NCBI RefSeq assembly: GCF_006345805.1
Contig: NC_043004.1
Coordinates: 89,094,001 to 89,158,000 of the forward strand
DNA length: 64,000 nt
Direction: 5' to 3'
Origin: Octopus sinensis
Taxonomy: Eukaryota
A model generated the notes under the pieces. It did no database searches. It saw only the letters and a list, made by a program, of their open reading frames with translations, and was not told the origin of the DNA. The stretch's first letter is position 1; each line of letters starts with the position of its first letter. The translations under genes were made by a program, and so were the position numbers. This document shows positions 1 through 11,839 of this stretch, piece by piece.

Positions 1-1010
1 CAAGTTATGCAGATGATACAAAAGTTTCACAGGCAATACAGAACCCTGAAAACACTATGCACCTGCAATGTGACCTGCACAAAATATACAAGTGGGCTGA
101 AAAGAATAGCATGCAGTTTAATGCTGAAAAGTTTCAAGATTTATGCTATCAGCATGCAAAACTAAATGCAATACCCAATAAATACTCTGGACCTGGTGAG
201 ATTGCAATCCCAGAGGCACAATCAGTGCAAGACCTGGGTATTTACATGAGTAATGATGCAACCTTTCATGTGCATGTTGCTAAATTGGCAATGAGATGTA
301 GGCGGCTGACCGGATGGATTCTTAGAGCTTTTAGAACAAGAGACCAGGAAACCATGATGGTCCTCTGGAAGACACTTGTCCTAAGCCACTTTGACTATTG
401 CTCTCAGCTATGGTCACCAACCAGTGTCAAATTAATCACAGAACTTGAGGCAATCCAACGAAGCTACACGAAGAAGATAGCCTCTGTGCAGCATATAAGC
501 TATTGGGAAAGACTCAAGAGATTAAGACTCTATTCCTTAGAGCGTAGGTGAGAAAGATATGCCATAATATACATCTGGAAGGTCCTGGAAGGACTTGTCC
601 CAAACTTTGACATCGAGAGTTACACAAATACTAGAACTGGGTGCCACTGCATAGTGCCAAGGACTCCAAATTTGCCATCAAGATGTAGGACAAGATACTG
701 TGATAGCTTGGGCTTCAGAGGTCCACAGCTCTTCAATATCCTCCCGAATGACCTGAGAGACCTGCATGGGGTGGATGCAGATGTCTTTAAAATAAAGCTG
801 GACCTCTTCCTGTCAGGTGTCCCAGATGAACCAACTTCACGGCAGGAGGTGCAGATGAGGGCAGCTGCATCAAACTCTCTCATGCACCAAATGTCAATTG
901 CTAAAAAGCATTCGTGAAGTAAAATCATGTAGCAACACCAAATGGCGGTGCCCCAGCATGGCCACAGCACATGAGCTGAAACTAGATCAAATGAAAATCA
1001 AAAAAATGAA
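1..1010 (+). mobile_element. CR1/L2-group LINE, 3' part: reverse transcriptase C-terminus (one premature stop) plus 3' UTR
   Basis: Frame starting at base 3 reads SYADDTK (RT YADD motif at 6-17), then LQCDL..IYKW...M.FN..K, DLGI, LDYCSQLWSP-like and RLKRLRLYSLERR. A TGA at 549-551 interrupts the frame, which continues through GPQLFNILP...FKIKLDLFL to 917. A short 3' UTR and A-rich tail follow. Confidence 0.9.
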
Positions 1011-1076
1011 ATACATACCTACATATATATATATACATACAACCACATATATATAGATACATATATATATATATAT

Positions 1077-1583
1077 GATCTCTTGCAAACAACTTGAACA
1101 TACAAGTGCTACCAGTCAAAAACTCTGCATACCGGAAGCCAGCAAGTGTATGGGATCATCAGGAGGGAATGCGCACCGTTTCGGGGCCTACCTCTCGACG
1201 GCATCAGTGCGCACCAGCCCTTCTCACTGATGTGAGACCCCGCTTGCTAGATCAGCTGGTTATCAAATAAAGCTCAATATTCTTCTAGACATCGCTCATC
1301 ATCTATTTTTAACCGAATCCAGTGGCTAGCCTTCCCCACTGTAGTTTGGATATCGGTCACGGTGGTATTGACTTAACCATGAGTTAGGCCTGACAATAAC
1401 AACAGTCGTCTCACACCGTGTCCAACAAACCCTCTACATCCGACTTCAATTGGAAAATGCTCTGCTTTCCAGCCTGCGTCTTCACATTCCTCTAGGTTTA
1501 CATAACACTCAATCTTTTGAGCCCAAGCGGCATCCATATTATCTTCATGAGGAACCGTTAACTCAACTAGATTTACAACTATA
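1077..1583 (-). mobile_element. Hero/R2-group non-LTR retrotransposon 3' end (restriction-like endonuclease tail plus 3' UTR), 5'-truncated
   Basis: Minus-strand LVELTVPHED...K...Y...GWK...PIEVGCRGF, and after a stop ...KASHWIRLK. This matches the RLE C-terminal motifs of Hero-type elements as I recall them. Flanked by (TA)n. Confidence 0.75.
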
Positions 1584-1586
1584 CAA

Positions 1587-1635
<49 letters not shown>

Positions 1636-1687
1636 TATATACACATACACATATATACATACATGTATGTATATATATATATATATA

Positions 1688-3235
1688 TCATCATCATCAT
1701 CATCGTTTAACGTCCGCTTTCCATGCTAGCATGGGTTGGACGGTTCAACTGGGGTCTGGGGAGCCCGAAGGCTGCACCAGGCCAGTCAGATCTGGCAGTG
1801 TTTCTACAGCTGGATGCCCTTCCTAACGCCAACCACTCCGAGAGTATAGTGGGTGATTTTATGTGCCACCGACACAGGTGCCAGATGAGGCTGGCAGACG
1901 GCCACGCTCGGATGGTGTTTTTTATGTGCCACGACACAGGTGCCAGACGAGGCTGGCAGACGGCCACGCTCGGATGGTGTTTTCTTATGTGTCACCGACA
2001 CAGGCGCCAGACGAGGCTGGCGAACGGCCACGCTCGGATGGTGTTTGTTACGTGCCCTCAGCACGGAGGCCAGTCAATGCGGTACTGGCTACGGTCACGT
2101 TCGGATGGTTTTCTTATGTGCCACCGGCACTGGTACCACAAGGATACAAATTCCATTGATGTTCATCTATTTTGATTTGATTTGATTTGATTTGATTTTC
2201 ACTTGCCTCAACAGTTCTTCACAAGTGTCACAAGAAGGAAGGTATGCACCACGGGTTATGGCTTCACTAGTCTTGCCGGGTCTTCTCACGCACAGCATAC
2301 TTCCATAGGTCTCGGTCTCTAGTCATTTCCATGGTGAGACCTAACGTCCGAAGGTCGTGCTTCACCACCTCGTCCCAGGTTTTCCTGGGTCTACCTCTTC
2401 CATGGGTTCCCTCAACTGCTAGGGATTGGCACTTTCTCACACACCTATCTTCATCCATTCTCGCCACATGACCATACCAGCGCAATCGTCTCTCTTGCAC
2501 ACCACAACTGATGCTTCTTAGGTACAACATTTCTCTCAAGGTACTAACGCTCTGTCGAGTAAGTACACTGACATTACACATCCATCGGAGCATACTGGTT
2601 TCGTTCCTCACGAGCTACGCATGTCCTCAGCAGTCACGGCCCATGTTTCATTGCCATGTAGCATAGCTGTTCGTAACATGCATCATACAGTCTGCCTTTT
2701 ACTCTGAGTGAGCGAGTACCTTTAGTCACCAGCAGAGGTAAGAGCTCCCTAAACTTTGCCCAGGCTATTCTTATTCTAGCAGTTACACTTTCAGCGCACC
2801 CACCCCCACTACTGACTTGGTCACCTAGATAGCGGAAGCTATCAACTACTTCTAGTTTTTCCCCCCGGAAAGTGACGGAAGTTGTTTTCTGCAGATTTTC
2901 GGAGGTCAATGCTCCAGAGCATCTGCCACATACAAAAACTATCTTCCCAGTTAGCCTACCTTTGACATTGCTGCACCTCTTATGTGTCCATAGCTTACAC
3001 TGGGTACATCTTATAGAGTTTCTACCTACACCTTTTCTACAGATCGAGCAGGGCCATCTTCCTGAGGATATTTGTGGATTGTCTACCTTTCTACTTATTA
3101 GTACTTTGGTTTTAGCTAGGTTGATTCTAAGGCCCTCGATTCTAAACCCTCCTTCCACACCTGGAACTTCTCCTCCAGTTCTGATAGTGACTCAGCAATT
3201 AGAGCGAGGTCGTCAGCATAGAGGAGCTCCCAGGG
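1688..3235 (-). mobile_element. RTE-clade LINE, 5'-truncated at the RT YADD motif, with long 3' UTR ending in (GAT)n
   Basis: [27 protein letters not shown], a Cys-rich segment (CSIC...C..C..W.H..C), FRYLGD, RVKGRLY and RRLRWYGHVARM...GRGRPRKTW. Several frameshifts. The ORF ends at 2267. The UTR 2266-1688 ends in ...ggacgttaaac(gat)n. Confidence 0.92.
1861..2140. repeat. About 63-bp tandem repeat (4-5 units) in the RTE 3' UTR
   Basis: atgtgccaccgacacaggtgccaga.gaggctggcagacggccacgctcggatggtgttt recurs at 1861, 1924 and 1987, with diverged units at 2050 and 2117. Confidence 0.9.
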
Positions 3236-3309
3236 GCATATATGCATATATAAATATACATACACATATATATATATATATATATAAATACATATATGCA
3301 TATATAAAT

Positions 3310-3340
<31 letters not shown>

Positions 3341-3361
3341 AATACATATATGCATATATAA

Positions 3362-3392
<31 letters not shown>

Positions 3393-3642
3393 AATACATA
3401 TATGCATATATAAATATACATACATATATAAATACATATATGCATATATAAATATACATACATATATAAATACATATATGCATATATAAATATACATACA
3501 TATATAAATACATATATGCATATATAAATATACATACATATATAAATACATATATGCATATATAAATATACATACATATATAAATACATATATGCATATA
3601 TAAATATACATCATATATAAATACATATATGCATAAATAAAT

Positions 3643-3675
<33 letters not shown>

Positions 3676-3863
3676 AATACATATATGCATATATAAATAT
3701 ACATACTATATATATATATAAATACATATATGCATATATAAATACATATATGCATATATAAATATACATACATATATATATATATATATAAATACATATA
3801 TGCATATATAAATATACATACATATATATATATATATATAAAAATACATATATGCATATATAA

Positions 3864-3894
<31 letters not shown>

Positions 3895-4364
3895 AATACA
3901 TATATGCATATATAAATATACATACATATATAAATACATATATGCATATATAAATATACATACATATATAAATACATATATGCATATATAATATACATAC
4001 ATATATATATATATATATAATACATATATGCATATATAAATATACATACATATATATATATATAAATACATATATGCATATATATATATATATATAATAC
4101 ATATATGCATATATAATATACATACATATATATATATATAATACATATATGCATATATAAATATACATACATATATATATATATAAATACATATATGCAT
4201 ATATAAATATACATATGCATATATAAATATACATATGCATATATAAATATACATACATATATATATATATATATATAAATACATATATGGCATATATAAA
4301 TATACATACATATATATATATATATAATACATATATGCATATATAAATATACATACATATATAT

Positions 4365-4412
<48 letters not shown>

Positions 4413-4625
4413 CATATATGCATATATAAATATACATACATATATGCATATATAAATATACATACATATATGCATATATAAATATACATACATATATGCA
4501 TATATAAATATACATACATATATGCATATATATAAATATACATACACACACACGTATATAAATATACATACACACACACGTATATAAATATACATACACA
4601 CACACGTATATAAATATACATATAT
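3236..4625. repeat. 1.4-kb AT-rich minisatellite built from (TA)n/(TACA)n
   Basis: Main unit aaatacatatatgcatatataaatatacatacatatat (38 bp). It shifts to 26-bp units near 4410-4620. Confidence 0.95.
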
Positions 4626-5286
4626 GATATTTTCGCTTTGCTAATTACAATATTTCAACCATTTAGAAATATTTTTAAGTGAACATTATTTCAAAAATGT
4701 AAGTTGTTTGTACAATAAATATTTATATTTATTTAGCAGACAATATTTTAATGTTTTGGTTAATTATTTTCAATTGAATACCATTACAATAATTTTTTTT
4801 GCCATATTTAAAAAATGTTTTAAAGTGAATATGACATTAAAAATACAGTAAATATGTCATAAAAGACCCATTTGTAAACTCAATGTGAAAAAATTTTTTT
4901 CCACAGGTTTTTTTTTTTTAAGTCAATTGAATGTATCTCACCTCTGAAGATTTGGTTACTATTTCTAGAACGGCCTGCTACCACATAACAGCTATTTGCA
5001 ATAAAGGACCCGAAATACTTGTTATGTGGTAGCAGAGCATGCAAGAAATAGCAGCCAAATCTCCTTTTCTGGGGAAAGGATCCATCAACGTATGATGTCA
5101 ATGTCACAATCATTGAAAGCATGCAAAATAACATGGAAAAGAAGAAAAAAATCACCCACAAAACAAAACTCCATTGCTGAGAAACTCAGGTTTTCCTGGT
5201 AATCCAATGGGTCACGGGTAGTAAAAGCAGAACATTGGAATGAGTGCTCAACACCGCATTGGTGGATAAATAATTTCTTTACTTGT

Positions 5287-5329
<43 letters not shown>

Positions 5330-5873
5330 GCACATATATACATACACATATGTAAGTATATATATGGACCACTGAACTACACAAGTTGTTTTCATTGTTA
5401 GGAAATAAGCAGAGTAATCTGAATGCTAATGGTTAATGGAGAAAGAGAAACTTAACATTCAGGATGTTAGCCCTTCATCAGAAGAAAAGAAAGGAAAAAG
5501 AGACATGGGGAGAGCACATATACATGCATGTATGAGTGTGTAGGTATTGTTAGCGTATTTGTGTTTTCTTTTCTAGATGTTGTTTGCTTGACGTGTAACA
5601 CCAAGACCACCGTCCCTACAAACAGTTTGCAATCTGCAATGACATATTTCCAGTCACTGAACTGTTCATAGTATGAAGGGCTAAAGAAATATTGCCTTAC
5701 ATGGACACTGATGAAGGTTAGCAACAGAAAGAGCATCCAACTGTAGCAAATCTGATTTAATAAGTTTTGTCTGATCCACGCCAGTATGAAAAACTGGGAA
5801 TTAAAACAATGAGGAGGATGCATACAAACACACACATGTATATAAGCAAATATATAAATGCATACAGGCATGC

Positions 5874-5908
<35 letters not shown>

Positions 5909-6378
5909 AATACAAAATGGGACAAGAATGCAAAACATCCAGATAGTTAGGGACAACAAAACATTCAGATAGACGATACAAAGAAAACAAGGACGGGTCA
6001 TTTGGAGTTTTCTTTCCTCAATCGAGTTCCATACATTCATCATACATATCCATAAACAAATCTAGAGATACATCCACACACACACACAATAGGGAATTCC
6101 TTGCCTGCCTATTTAACATGTAACATTTGTAATTCCTATTAGCAAATGAAACACGTGTAATGGTGAATAAATAAAACCAAATAATTTCCAATTTCCTGTT
6201 TTGCTATACAATAACTCTGTAAATAATATTTCCATAATTCTCAATTTTGATATGTGTTTTGACTAGCATACAGCAGCAACTGAGACTACATGTTGGATTG
6301 TAATAATGGAATAAGCAGATATGCTTCTTGGGGAAACAGTTTCGATTTACTCTAACTAGCTACACAATATACACACAC

Positions 6379-6410
<32 letters not shown>

Positions 6411-6411
6411 A

Positions 6412-6460
<49 letters not shown>

Positions 6461-6834
6461 TTAGAAGTATACTTTTGCTACCATGGTTAAAGTTAGGAAA
6501 TGTGGTATAAATACAATAATCATAATTTAACTTTGTTCACATTTCCTGATTATTATACAAAATGATGAAGTGAATACTAATTTACAACAGAAAAATACTT
6601 GTTACCTTAAAATTAAAAACAATATTCAAAATTAAGAAAAAATTGACAACAAAATCATTCTGTGCTTAAGAAAGGTCATACACTTATTTCAACCTTTTCT
6701 CCCTTCTCCCATCATCATGGACTTGATGGTTTGATAGGAGCTGGCTAGGCAGAAGACTGCACCAGACTTCTGTGACTGTTTCGGCAGTTTTTACATCTGG
6801 ATGCCCTTCCTAACACCAACTACCTTATATATAC

Positions 6835-7028
6835 ATCATCATCATCATCATCGTCGTTTAACGTCCGTTCTCCATGCTAGCATGGGTTGGACGGTTCGAC
6901 CGGGGTTCTGGGAAGCCAGAAGGCTGCACCAGGCTCCAGTCTAATCTGGCAATGTTTCTACAGCTGGATGCCCTTCCTAACGCCAACCACTCCGTGAGTG
7001 TAGTGGGTGCTTTTTACGTGCCACCTGC
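6835..7028 (-). mobile_element. (GAT)n-tailed short retroposon (SINE or extremely truncated copy of the RTE at 1688-3235)
   Basis: Near-identical to 1688-1870. Other copies (approximate): 21880-22066(+), 28390-28658(+), 32630-32728(+), 33340-33600(-), 43075-43368(+), 47290-47538(-), 51070-51210 plus 51515-51605(-), 52790-53080(+), 58205-58360(-), 58960-59370(+). Confidence 0.85.
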
Positions 7029-7238
7029 ACATATATATTATTATTGTTATCATTAATCAACAGAAGTTACAGAGTGACTTAAGGGCTGAGAGTTACAAAA
7101 CTCTAAATTCTTGAGTCACTCTGTAACTTCTGATTATTAATAAAAGATATATATACTCATGCTGTGAGCTCTATTTTTCCTGCTTGCATCACCAGTCTTC
7201 TCTCTCTCTCTCTCCCTCTATATATATATATATATATA

Positions 7239-7463
7239 TTTCTTTACTACCTACAAGGGGCTAAACATAGAGGGGACAAACAAGGACAGACAAAGGGATT
7301 CAGTTGATTACATCGACCCCAGTGCGTAACTGGTACTTAATTTACCGACCCCGAAAGGATGAAAGGCAAAGTCGACCTCAGCGGAATTTGAACTCGGAAC
7401 GTAGCGACAGACGAAATACTGCTACGAATTTTGCCCAGCGTGCTAACGTTTCTACCAGCTCGC
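7239..7463 (-). mobile_element. SINE family B
   Basis: Head gcgagctggcagaaacgttagcacg, B-box-like gagttcaaattc, central gaggtcgactttgcctttcatcctttcggggtcgataaa..aagtacc. From memory this resembles a conserved central domain shared by metazoan SINE superfamilies. Many copies, e.g. 19202-19370(-), 20806-21035(-), 28876-29106(+), 35320-35475(+), 37490-37705(+), 42105-42530(-), 44750-44955(-), 49790-50002(-), 50662-50870(-). Confidence 0.88.
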
Positions 7464-7480
7464 TCTATATATATATATAA

Positions 7481-7704
7481 GGCAAGCTGGCAGAAAGGTT
7501 AGTGCGCCAGGTGAAATGCTTAGCGGTATTTCGGCTGTCGTTACGTTCTGAGTTCAAATTCTGCAGAGGTCGACTTTGCCTTTCATCCTTTCAGGGTCAA
7601 TAAATAAAGTACCAGTTTCACACTGGGATCTATGTAATCAACTTAATCCATTTGTCTGTCCTTGTTTGTCCCCTCTATGTTTAGCCCCTTGTGGACAGTA
7701 AAGA

Positions 7705-7706
<2 letters not shown>
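7481..7706 (+). mobile_element. SINE family B, head-to-head with the preceding copy
   Basis: Reverse complement of 7239-7463 with scattered substitutions; separated by a short (TA)n. Confidence 0.88.
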
Positions 7707-7741
<35 letters not shown>

Positions 7742-8542
7742 ATATATATTGTGTGTGTGTGTGTATACACAAACACCTACCATCTCTGTCTCTATGATTC
7801 TTTCATTGTGTGTGTGTGCATAGTATTCACTTTCTCAGCATCTCTTATGTTAACTCTGTGTATCTCTCTCTCTCTCTCTCCTTCCCTATGTCTATAGTGT
7901 GACTGGAAAAATCAACCAACATTTACATTGTCTATAATTATATATAGAGAGACACACACACACAATACATATAGAATAAGCAATATGTATGTATAAACAT
8001 ACATATATACATATGCCTATAAATACACACAGACACATGCACACACACACACACACAGATACAAACAACAAAATCATTTTAAGAACATTCTTTCTCCGAC
8101 AGCAGGAAGTAGATTATGTGGGTCAACTATAACAGACTTCTCCTCTGTCAGTCATACTTATGATACCTTTTCTCGGACAGTGTTTCAAAGCTGGATGCCT
8201 TCCCTGTTGGCAACCCTTTCAGTCATCTCTAATGTAAGAAGCAACTCAAAGAGGTTTTTAACAGCAATGGCATTTAGCCACATGCATACATACAAACATA
8301 TGTATGTAAGCGCTGCAGAGATCAATCATATTTATATTGGCTGTTGACATATAGATATATAATATATATATATAGTGTTGTGTCTGGGGAGAGTAATTTT
8401 CCAAATACGAAATATATATATAGTATTTTCCTGGATTGATAATCCCTTACTATTAGCTATATATATATAGCTAATAGTGAAGGATTATCAATCTGGGCAA
8501 AATACTTCATAAACTCTATTGGCACACCAGGCTAACAATATT

Positions 8543-8768
8543 GTATGGCTCAGTGGTTAGAGCGTCGAGCTTACGATCGTGAGGTTGTGAGTTCGAATCC
8601 CGGACCGGACTGCATGTTGTGTTCTTAAGCAAGACACTTTATTTCACATTTCTCCATGCTGGTATGGGCGACTGCTGGTCTTCCATAAACAACCTTGCCC
8701 AGACTTGTGCCTCAGACAGTAACTTTGTAGGTGCAAGCCCATGGTCAGTGTCTGACCGAAGGGGGTCT
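8543..8768 (+). mobile_element. tRNA-derived SINE family C, internally deleted copy
   Basis: A box TGGCTCAGTGG and B box GTTCGAATCC, then ttgtgttctt.agcaagacacttt, ending ...tgaccgaagggggtct. Fuller copies at 63288-63632(+), 24755-25075(-) and 20468-20737(-). Confidence 0.85.
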
Positions 8769-8862
8769 CAGTGAAGAACTCCAAGTATTCTTGGGCTCCA
8801 GACAAATTGGTTTTTACACAGAGAGATATATAAGACAAGTTATAAATGATGGTCAATATATA

Positions 8863-9255
8863 GGCGCAGGAGTGGCTGTGTGGTAAGTACCTTGCTTACC
8901 AGCCACATGGTTCCGGGTTCAGTCCCACTGCGTGGCATCTTGGGCAAGTGCCTTCTACTATAGCCTCGGGCCAACCAATGCCTTGTGAGTAGATTTGGTA
9001 GACGGAAACTGAAAGAAGCCCGTCGTATATATGTGTGTGTGTATGTTTGTGTCTCTGTGTTTGTCCCCCTAGCATTGCTTGACAACCGATGCTGGTGTGT
9101 TTACGTCCTCATAACTTAGCGGTTCGGCAAAAGAGACCGATAGAATAAGTACTGGGCTTGCAAAGAATAAGTCCTGGGGTCGATTTGTTCGACTAAAGGC
9201 GGTGCTCCAGCATGGCCGCAGTCAAATGACTGAAACCAGTAAAAGATTAAAAGAG
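8863..9255 (+). mobile_element. tRNA-derived SINE family A, full length, with internal microsatellite
   Basis: A-box-like tggctgtgtgg, B-box-like ggttcagtcc, CORE-like cttgggcaag, internal (TA)n(TG)n and tail ggcggtgctccagcatggccgcagtcaaatgactgaaac. More than 20 copies, e.g. 14976-15365(+), 17437-17762(+), 18852-19200(+), 19484-20005(-), 28027-28342(-), 30925-31330(+), 35500-35875(-), 45010-45415(-), 55364-55790(-), 61135-61430(-). Confidence 0.92.
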
Positions 9256-9299
9256 AATATATTTTTCCTTTATGAGTGAAAAATATGTAATGACCATTA

Positions 9300-9785
9300 T
9301 TTATAACTTGTCTTAAGAGATCAAAAGGTTGAAACTCTATTCTCTCCAGTGCCATGATGGGCATTATACTATTTGTACAATGTGGGAAATATTCCACAAA
9401 TATTATCCAAATGATGTCAGTATTGAGTTTATGAGTCACCCAAGGCTAGGCCTCCATGCCATGTGTCCCCAACAAAAGTAGAGTTTGCATTATGTAGGAA
9501 TATTGCAATACAACTTTTTTACTTCAAATGATCCTGTTTTATTCAATGCCATCCCAAAAAATATTAAAATAGGAGATGACCCCACAACATTTAAACAGTA
9601 TCAGGGCAAATTCCTCCAAGAAGTACTAGACAAATCAGCAACACTGGGATACATCTCAGTTAACAACAACTTTTTGCTCAAGTGGTCCATGGTGTCCCAA
9701 AACATGTTTTAAAGGACCTCTCCAAGAGGTGCTATTAAGTTAGTCATTCTCTGGGCCAATAATGTTCAAAACCAATCTAAGTTAG
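9300..9785 (+). mobile_element. Old CR1-like LINE 3' remnant
   Basis: KRLKLYSLQ near 9322-9350, and P.LFNAIPKNI...FK....KFLQEVLD, which parallels the C-terminus at 654-917. Confidence 0.6.
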
Positions 9786-10137
9786 ATATGTGTAAAATGA
9801 CTGCCAAAATGAACAGAAGTTATATAATTACTTAAATTAGCTTACACTTGTTTCTACAATAAGAAACAGTGCACTTTGAGTTGAATGGTTGTGTAACAGT
9901 CTATAGTTTCCTCAGAACCAAGTAAAATAAGCAGAAACAGCACTAAGCTAAAAGTAATTAAATAACTTGTCCTTTTGTCATTCATTAACTAATATTATGC
10001 TCTGGACTCACCCATTGCTTTACTCTAAAACATAAGTATATTGAGTTCTAACAACTGGTTATTAGCATCGCTATGCCTCAGTGAAATCATATATATATAT
10101 ATATATATCCACACATATATATACACACACACTCACA

Positions 10138-10345
10138 TGAGGAGTGCTGAAAAGTTCCTGGCTTTGGGTAAAAAAAAAAGGTTCAGTTAATGATTTTATT
10201 TCACATATTCCCCCTTTCAGATTCACGCACTTATTGCAATGGTCTTTCAGTAATTCTAAGCTCTGTAGAAGAACTTGGAAGGTTGGGCTTTCGACTAGAC
10301 CTTTCACAATACCTTTAAAGACCAGAATTTTCAGCAACCCCTTAT
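10138..10345 (+). mobile_element. Mariner-derived MITE (~210 bp)
   Basis: Terminal inverted repeats gaggagtgctgaaaagttcctgg / ccagaattttcagcaacccct. Further copies at 29117-29331(+) and 36892-37106(-). Confidence 0.75.
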
Positions 10346-11804
10346 AAAATGTATGTGAGTGAGAGAGAGAGAGAGAGAGGGGGTATGGTTTTGTGGCATA
10401 AAGTAGGTCTTGCCATCTACTCAAGGAAATACATAGTAAATGATTCACAAGCACTTAAGCAAACTGAGTCCTCAACTGGTTCCATTTACCAAAAGGTTTG
10501 CAAGGCACCAGAAGGCCCCAAGAGACACATCCATGTCCATAGAACATGATTAATGCTTTATTTTACTGAACCTTCATTTGTTGTTCATGACAAGTGAATC
10601 CATCGTCTCTGTGTGCTTGTGTGTGTGTAGCACACACACATATACATATACACGTGGTGGTGAAAGTCAAATTCTGTCAGAGCACTACTACTTCTTAGAC
10701 ACTGACATCCAAAAAGCAACTGCAACTGAGAGGACATCAACCAGAAAATCATCACTACTACCCCTGCTCTACATACCCCGTGTCCTCACAAGTAAAGAAA
10801 CTACAGAAGTGCTGGTGTTTAATCAGAACAAATATGCATTACACTCCCAACTACTGCAACAACAACCACATCTGAAAGAACCATTCTCTGTTTTGGGTTT
10901 TAAGAAGTACCTGTGCTTCATATTGATTACAGCGAATGAAATGTGCTCAGAAATGCATTCATTTTGGAGATAAACAGATTTACTCCCAATGACTCAATAT
11001 TGGTTGGGATGACAAGAGAATAGGTCCTGCATTCATGGCCCAAGCCATTGGAAACGAGTGTACTAATATATAAACACATTTATGTAAGCACAATCATCAC
11101 CACTTAACATCCACTTTTCCATGGCACTACAAAACAAGTCTCACAAGCCCACATCTGTCGTTGCTCATCCACCTTTATCTAGAGTGAGAAGCAGGAGTGA
11201 TAAAGGCATGAATGAGAGTGAGGAGAGATATGTGTGATGAAAGTATTTAATATTCTGAGACAATTAAGAATATTCATGGCAACATGACAGAGATAACAAG
11301 ATGTCAGAAGTCTTCTTCTCCTTACACATGCATATATATGTATATATATATATATATTCTTCTAATATACATTCACGCACACATACACATACAAACAATA
11401 TATACACACACATACATACACACATATCTATATATATATATATATATATACAGTAACTATTTTGACAAATTAACGTCAAACATTTCTCTACATAAACGTA
11501 AACAAACATTCATCTACATAAATATACACACATACATATAATACATATATATACACATGAACACACACACACAGATGCTGCTGTCGATCGCTAACCCTTA
11601 TGACTGCCTTCTTAGATAATCAACTGTCACACTCCAGGCATCTCTTTGAAAATTGGGTTTACACACATAATCATGACAGAAGCTTGCGAGAGTTTTTTTT
11701 TAGTTTTTCTTTCAAGAAGCACACACACCCACAGATGCACTCACACACACAATTATATATATATATATATCATCATTTGACGTCCGCCTTTCTTGCTGGC
11801 ATGG

Positions 11805-11839
<35 letters not shown>

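Noticed and set aside
1861-2140. Regularly spaced repeats resembling a CRISPR array
   Set aside because: Whole 63-bp units are repeated with no unique spacers, the context is a eukaryotic LINE UTR, and there are no cas genes.
3116-4621. Long ORFs of up to 462 aa rich in Y/I/M/C/V/H
   Set aside because: They are translations of a stop-poor TA/CA minisatellite. The same applies to the ORFs over microsatellites at 25.7-26.2, 43.4-44.4, 47.9-48.3, 54.8-55.1, 56.1-56.3 and 62.1-62.5 kb.
4880-5280. Possible exon in the 93-99 aa minus-strand ORFs
   Set aside because: Contains the old repeat signature agaaatagcagccaaatctcc, with relatives at 13.6, 20.0, 38.3 and 51.9 kb.
5985-6030. Minus-strand ttgagga-aagaaaactc-caaa hammerhead-like remnant
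   Set aside because: GAAA, stem I and the cleavage triplet cannot be assigned; too decayed to call.
8546-8612. tRNA-like sequence with perfect A and B boxes
   Set aside because: No complete acceptor stem; it runs directly into a SINE body found in several copies.
10578-10973. 131-aa ORF in apparently unique sequence
   Set aside because: Starts at a non-ATG codon, spans a microsatellite, and has no recognisable motif or convincing splice sites.
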